In this document: positions 62,237 to 64,000 of the stretch, one piece after another
Layout of the letters: each line of letters starts with the position of its first letter
How positions within the stretch are numbered: the stretch's first letter is position 1
Virus record (IMG/VR): IMGVR_UViG_3300020599_000003
Coordinates: 32,001 to 96,000 of that record
Direction: 5' to 3' (one strand)
DNA from: a virus
DNA length: 64,000 nt
The notes under the pieces: generated by a model
The model's input: only the letters and a program-made list of their open reading frames with translations
What the model was told of the DNA's origin: nothing
The model's database searches: none
Made by a program: the position numbers and the translations under genes

Positions 62237-63478
62237 TTACTTCCCCTGGTTGAGGATGTGGACGATACGACGTAGCTGACGATCGTCGATACGGAAGCGC
62301 TCCTTGAAGAACTCAGCGTCTTCGTATGAGATGTCCAGCGGACCTGCCGTGCCGACCGACGTGAACACGATCTTGCGTTGGCCGGGCATGGAATCCATGC
62401 GCAGACGGGCCGTGCGCTGGTTCTTCAGCAGGCGCTTGACGTCGACGTAAAGCTCACTGCCAATCTTGCTGTAGTCATTCTTGGGGACCGCCTTCTTGAT
62501 GTTGAAGGTGATGGTTGTGCCCGAGACCTCGAAGGTGTCGATGAGATCTGCCACGCTGAACAGCGACTTGCTGATGTTGGCCGGGTCGTGCAGGAAGGCC
62601 AGCGACAGCGGTACTACGCCAAGCTCGGACGAGAACTGCTCCAGACTCAGCAAGTGCGCCACCGCCTTCACGGCCGAACCTGCCGAAGTTACTTCGGTCC
62701 CGTGACCCTGCTTGAGCAAAGAATTGGGAGTCACGTAGTCGTGTTCCAGGTAGACGTAGATTGCGGGGTCCACCTTGTTGTTGCCGACTACCCACTGGAC
62801 CACGATGTACAGGGCCGGAGTCACCGAGCCGTCATCGTTGATGGCGTCTTCCATCATCTTGTAATAGGTGAAGACGAGGGAGCCTTCACCCGTCACGCTG
62901 ATGTACAGGAAGTTCTGTGTGTTCTGGCAGGGGACATGTGCGTCGACCTCCTCGGAGATCGCGTCGATGTACTTCTGGAACGACTTCGGCACATGCTTGT
63001 TGGCCAGATCGCTGATGAAGCCGAGGCACTTCCGCAGCGCCTTGCCGACGCCCTTCTTGGCCTCGGCGATCTCACGGATCATGCCCTTGGCAGCGGGGGC
63101 GTCCTTGAAGCGAGTGATGATCTGGGACTCGACCGCTTCCAGCGTGCGGTACTTCTCGTGGAGCTCTTCAGCGAGCTTGTACTGCTTCTCGAGCGCGGCC
63201 TTGTTGGGTACAATCACGTCCACGAGATCGGGGTCCATGGTGCGCTTGAGCTTACGTAGGCGCGCACGAGCGTCATCGGCATCTTCATCGCGCAGGGTGA
63301 TGGTGAACGTTGAGTTGGACGCAGCCGACAGGCGCGTGGTGGCAGTGAGAGAGGAAGCGAGCAGCTTCTCTTGCTTGTTGACGAGCTGCTCGATCTCCTT
63401 GATCGAGACCTTGAGGTCCTTCAGGTAATCGCGATATCCTTCCAGATAGCGGAACTGAGGGATGTTTACTCCAGCCAT
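62237..63478 (-). CDS. hypothetical (probable virion) protein, 413 aa
   Basis: Long ORF, N-terminal coiled coil, preceded by late-motif variant. Confidence 0.8.
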   Translation of the reverse strand: MAGVNIPQFRYLEGYRDYLKDLKVSIKEIEQLVNKQEKLLASSLTATTRLSAASNSTFTITLRDEDADDARARLRKLKRTMDPDLVDVIVPNKAALEKQYKLAEELHEKYRTLEAVESQIITRFKDAPAAKGMIREIAEAKKGVGKALRKCLGFISDLANKHVPKSFQKYIDAISEEVDAHVPCQNTQNFLYISVTGEGSLVFTYYKMMEDAINDDGSVTPALYIVVQWVVGNNKVDPAIYVYLEHDYVTPNSLLKQGHGTEVTSAGSAVKAVAHLLSLEQFSSELGVVPLSLAFLHDPANISKSLFSVADLIDTFEVSGTTITFNIKKAVPKNDYSKIGSELYVDVKRLLKNQRTARLRMDSMPGQRKIVFTSVGTAGPLDISYEDAEFFKERFRIDDRQLRRIVHILNQGK

Positions 63479-63511
63479 AGTAGGAGGGCTCCGAGTGTTG
63501 TACGTATTGGT

Positions 63512-63519
63512 ATTAAATT
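63512..63519 (-). promoter_or_regulatory. AATTTAAT variant of late-type motif
   Basis: 34 nt upstream of ATG 63478. Confidence 0.4.
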
Positions 63520-63532
63520 GCTAGATAGAGTC

Positions 63533-63886
63533 TCAGTTGGCAGGGATGACGATTGCCCCCACACTGCGGTCAGACTCCTTCCACTTGATCTTGATGTCGA
63601 TGCTTGACCAGAACTCGGGGTTGAAGTTGCTGAACCAGAGCTCCTTCACCCTACGAACCTTGGCATAGCCGATGATCTTATTGATCAGCAGACGAGCATA
63701 ACCTCGGTAGCGCCGATCCTCGGGTACATAGATGTTCATGAGAGTCGGGCGCGAAGTCTCGTAGTCAGTGCCCACGTTCCATGGACAGTCCCAGTCCACA
63801 TCCGCGTGTGCGAAGTGCTGCTTGTCTGCCCATGCTTGAGTCTCCAACTCTGGAGTGCCGAGATCAACGAAGTAGGTGTCGATCAT
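63533..63886 (-). CDS. small GNAT-fold protein
   Basis: LMNIYVPEDRRYRGYARLLI...YAK...V.EL...N..FW. Confidence 0.65.
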   Translation of the reverse strand: MIDTYFVDLGTPELETQAWADKQHFAHADVDWDCPWNVGTDYETSRPTLMNIYVPEDRRYRGYARLLINKIIGYAKVRRVKELWFSNFNPEFWSSIDIKIKWKESDRSVGAIVIPAN

Positions 63887-63891
63887 GATGC

Positions 63892-64000
63892 TCAGTAGGG
63901 CCTCCACTGGTAGCGCGGGCGTACTGCACGCTTGGCCTTCTGATGCTCGATGTTGCGAGTGATGAGCTCGGTCAACGCAGCGAGCACGGTCTTGTAGTCA
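63892..64000 (-). CDS. hypothetical protein, 3' end only
   Basis: Open frame DYKTVLAALTELITRN...WRPY to TGA 63892-63894. Confidence 0.55.
   Translation of the reverse strand, partial: DYKTVLAALTELITRNIEHQKAKRAVRPRYQWRPY

Noticed and set aside
1-64000. tRNA, rRNA, CRISPR array, integrase, transposase, reverse transcriptase/DGR
   Set aside because: No T-loop/cloverleaf, no regularly spaced repeat-spacer array and no catalytic motifs seen by eye; tRNAscan-SE and CRISPR tools would be needed to exclude them formally.

Overview
A 64-kb segment of a large, GC-rich (~60%) contractile-tailed (myovirus-type) phage genome. Gene content and order recall RSL1/Lu11/PaBG-type jumbo phages of Proteobacteria, but that assignment is from memory and unverified. 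The + strand (1-21.8 kb) carries replication, recombination and nucleotide genes: clamp loader, beta-type clamp, SbcC/Rad50, SF2 helicase, DnaB and dimeric dUTPase. It also carries accessory enzymes: Bcs1-like AAA+, GNAT, Pol-beta-type nucleotidyltransferase, NADAR, MazG-like, a stand-alone class II aaRS-like domain and SLOG. The - strand (22-64 kb) is the virion module: fibre/appendage proteins, TraR-like Zn finger, LydA-type holin, tube, sheath, major capsid, scaffold, prohead protease, a 1492-aa SNF2-like helicase and many small proteins. A short + strand exonuclease unit interrupts it at 35.8-37.0 kb. No tRNA, rRNA, CRISPR array, integrase, transposase or reverse transcriptase was recognised. 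The best candidate for an undescribed system is a head-cargo pathway. At least 8 unrelated small proteins (GNAT, two DUF3175, a possible ART fold and others) share an N-terminal h-x-x-I-A-x-R-L motif, and head proteins are rich in (V/I/L)-x-A|(S/A/D) sites resembling herpesvirus assemblin cleavage sites. The second candidate is a translationally coupled NADAR / membrane peptide / MazG-like / mini-aaRS run. Two distinct promoter-like motifs and a reiterated terminator family were also found. All protein family calls come from motif recognition by eye; no database search was run.
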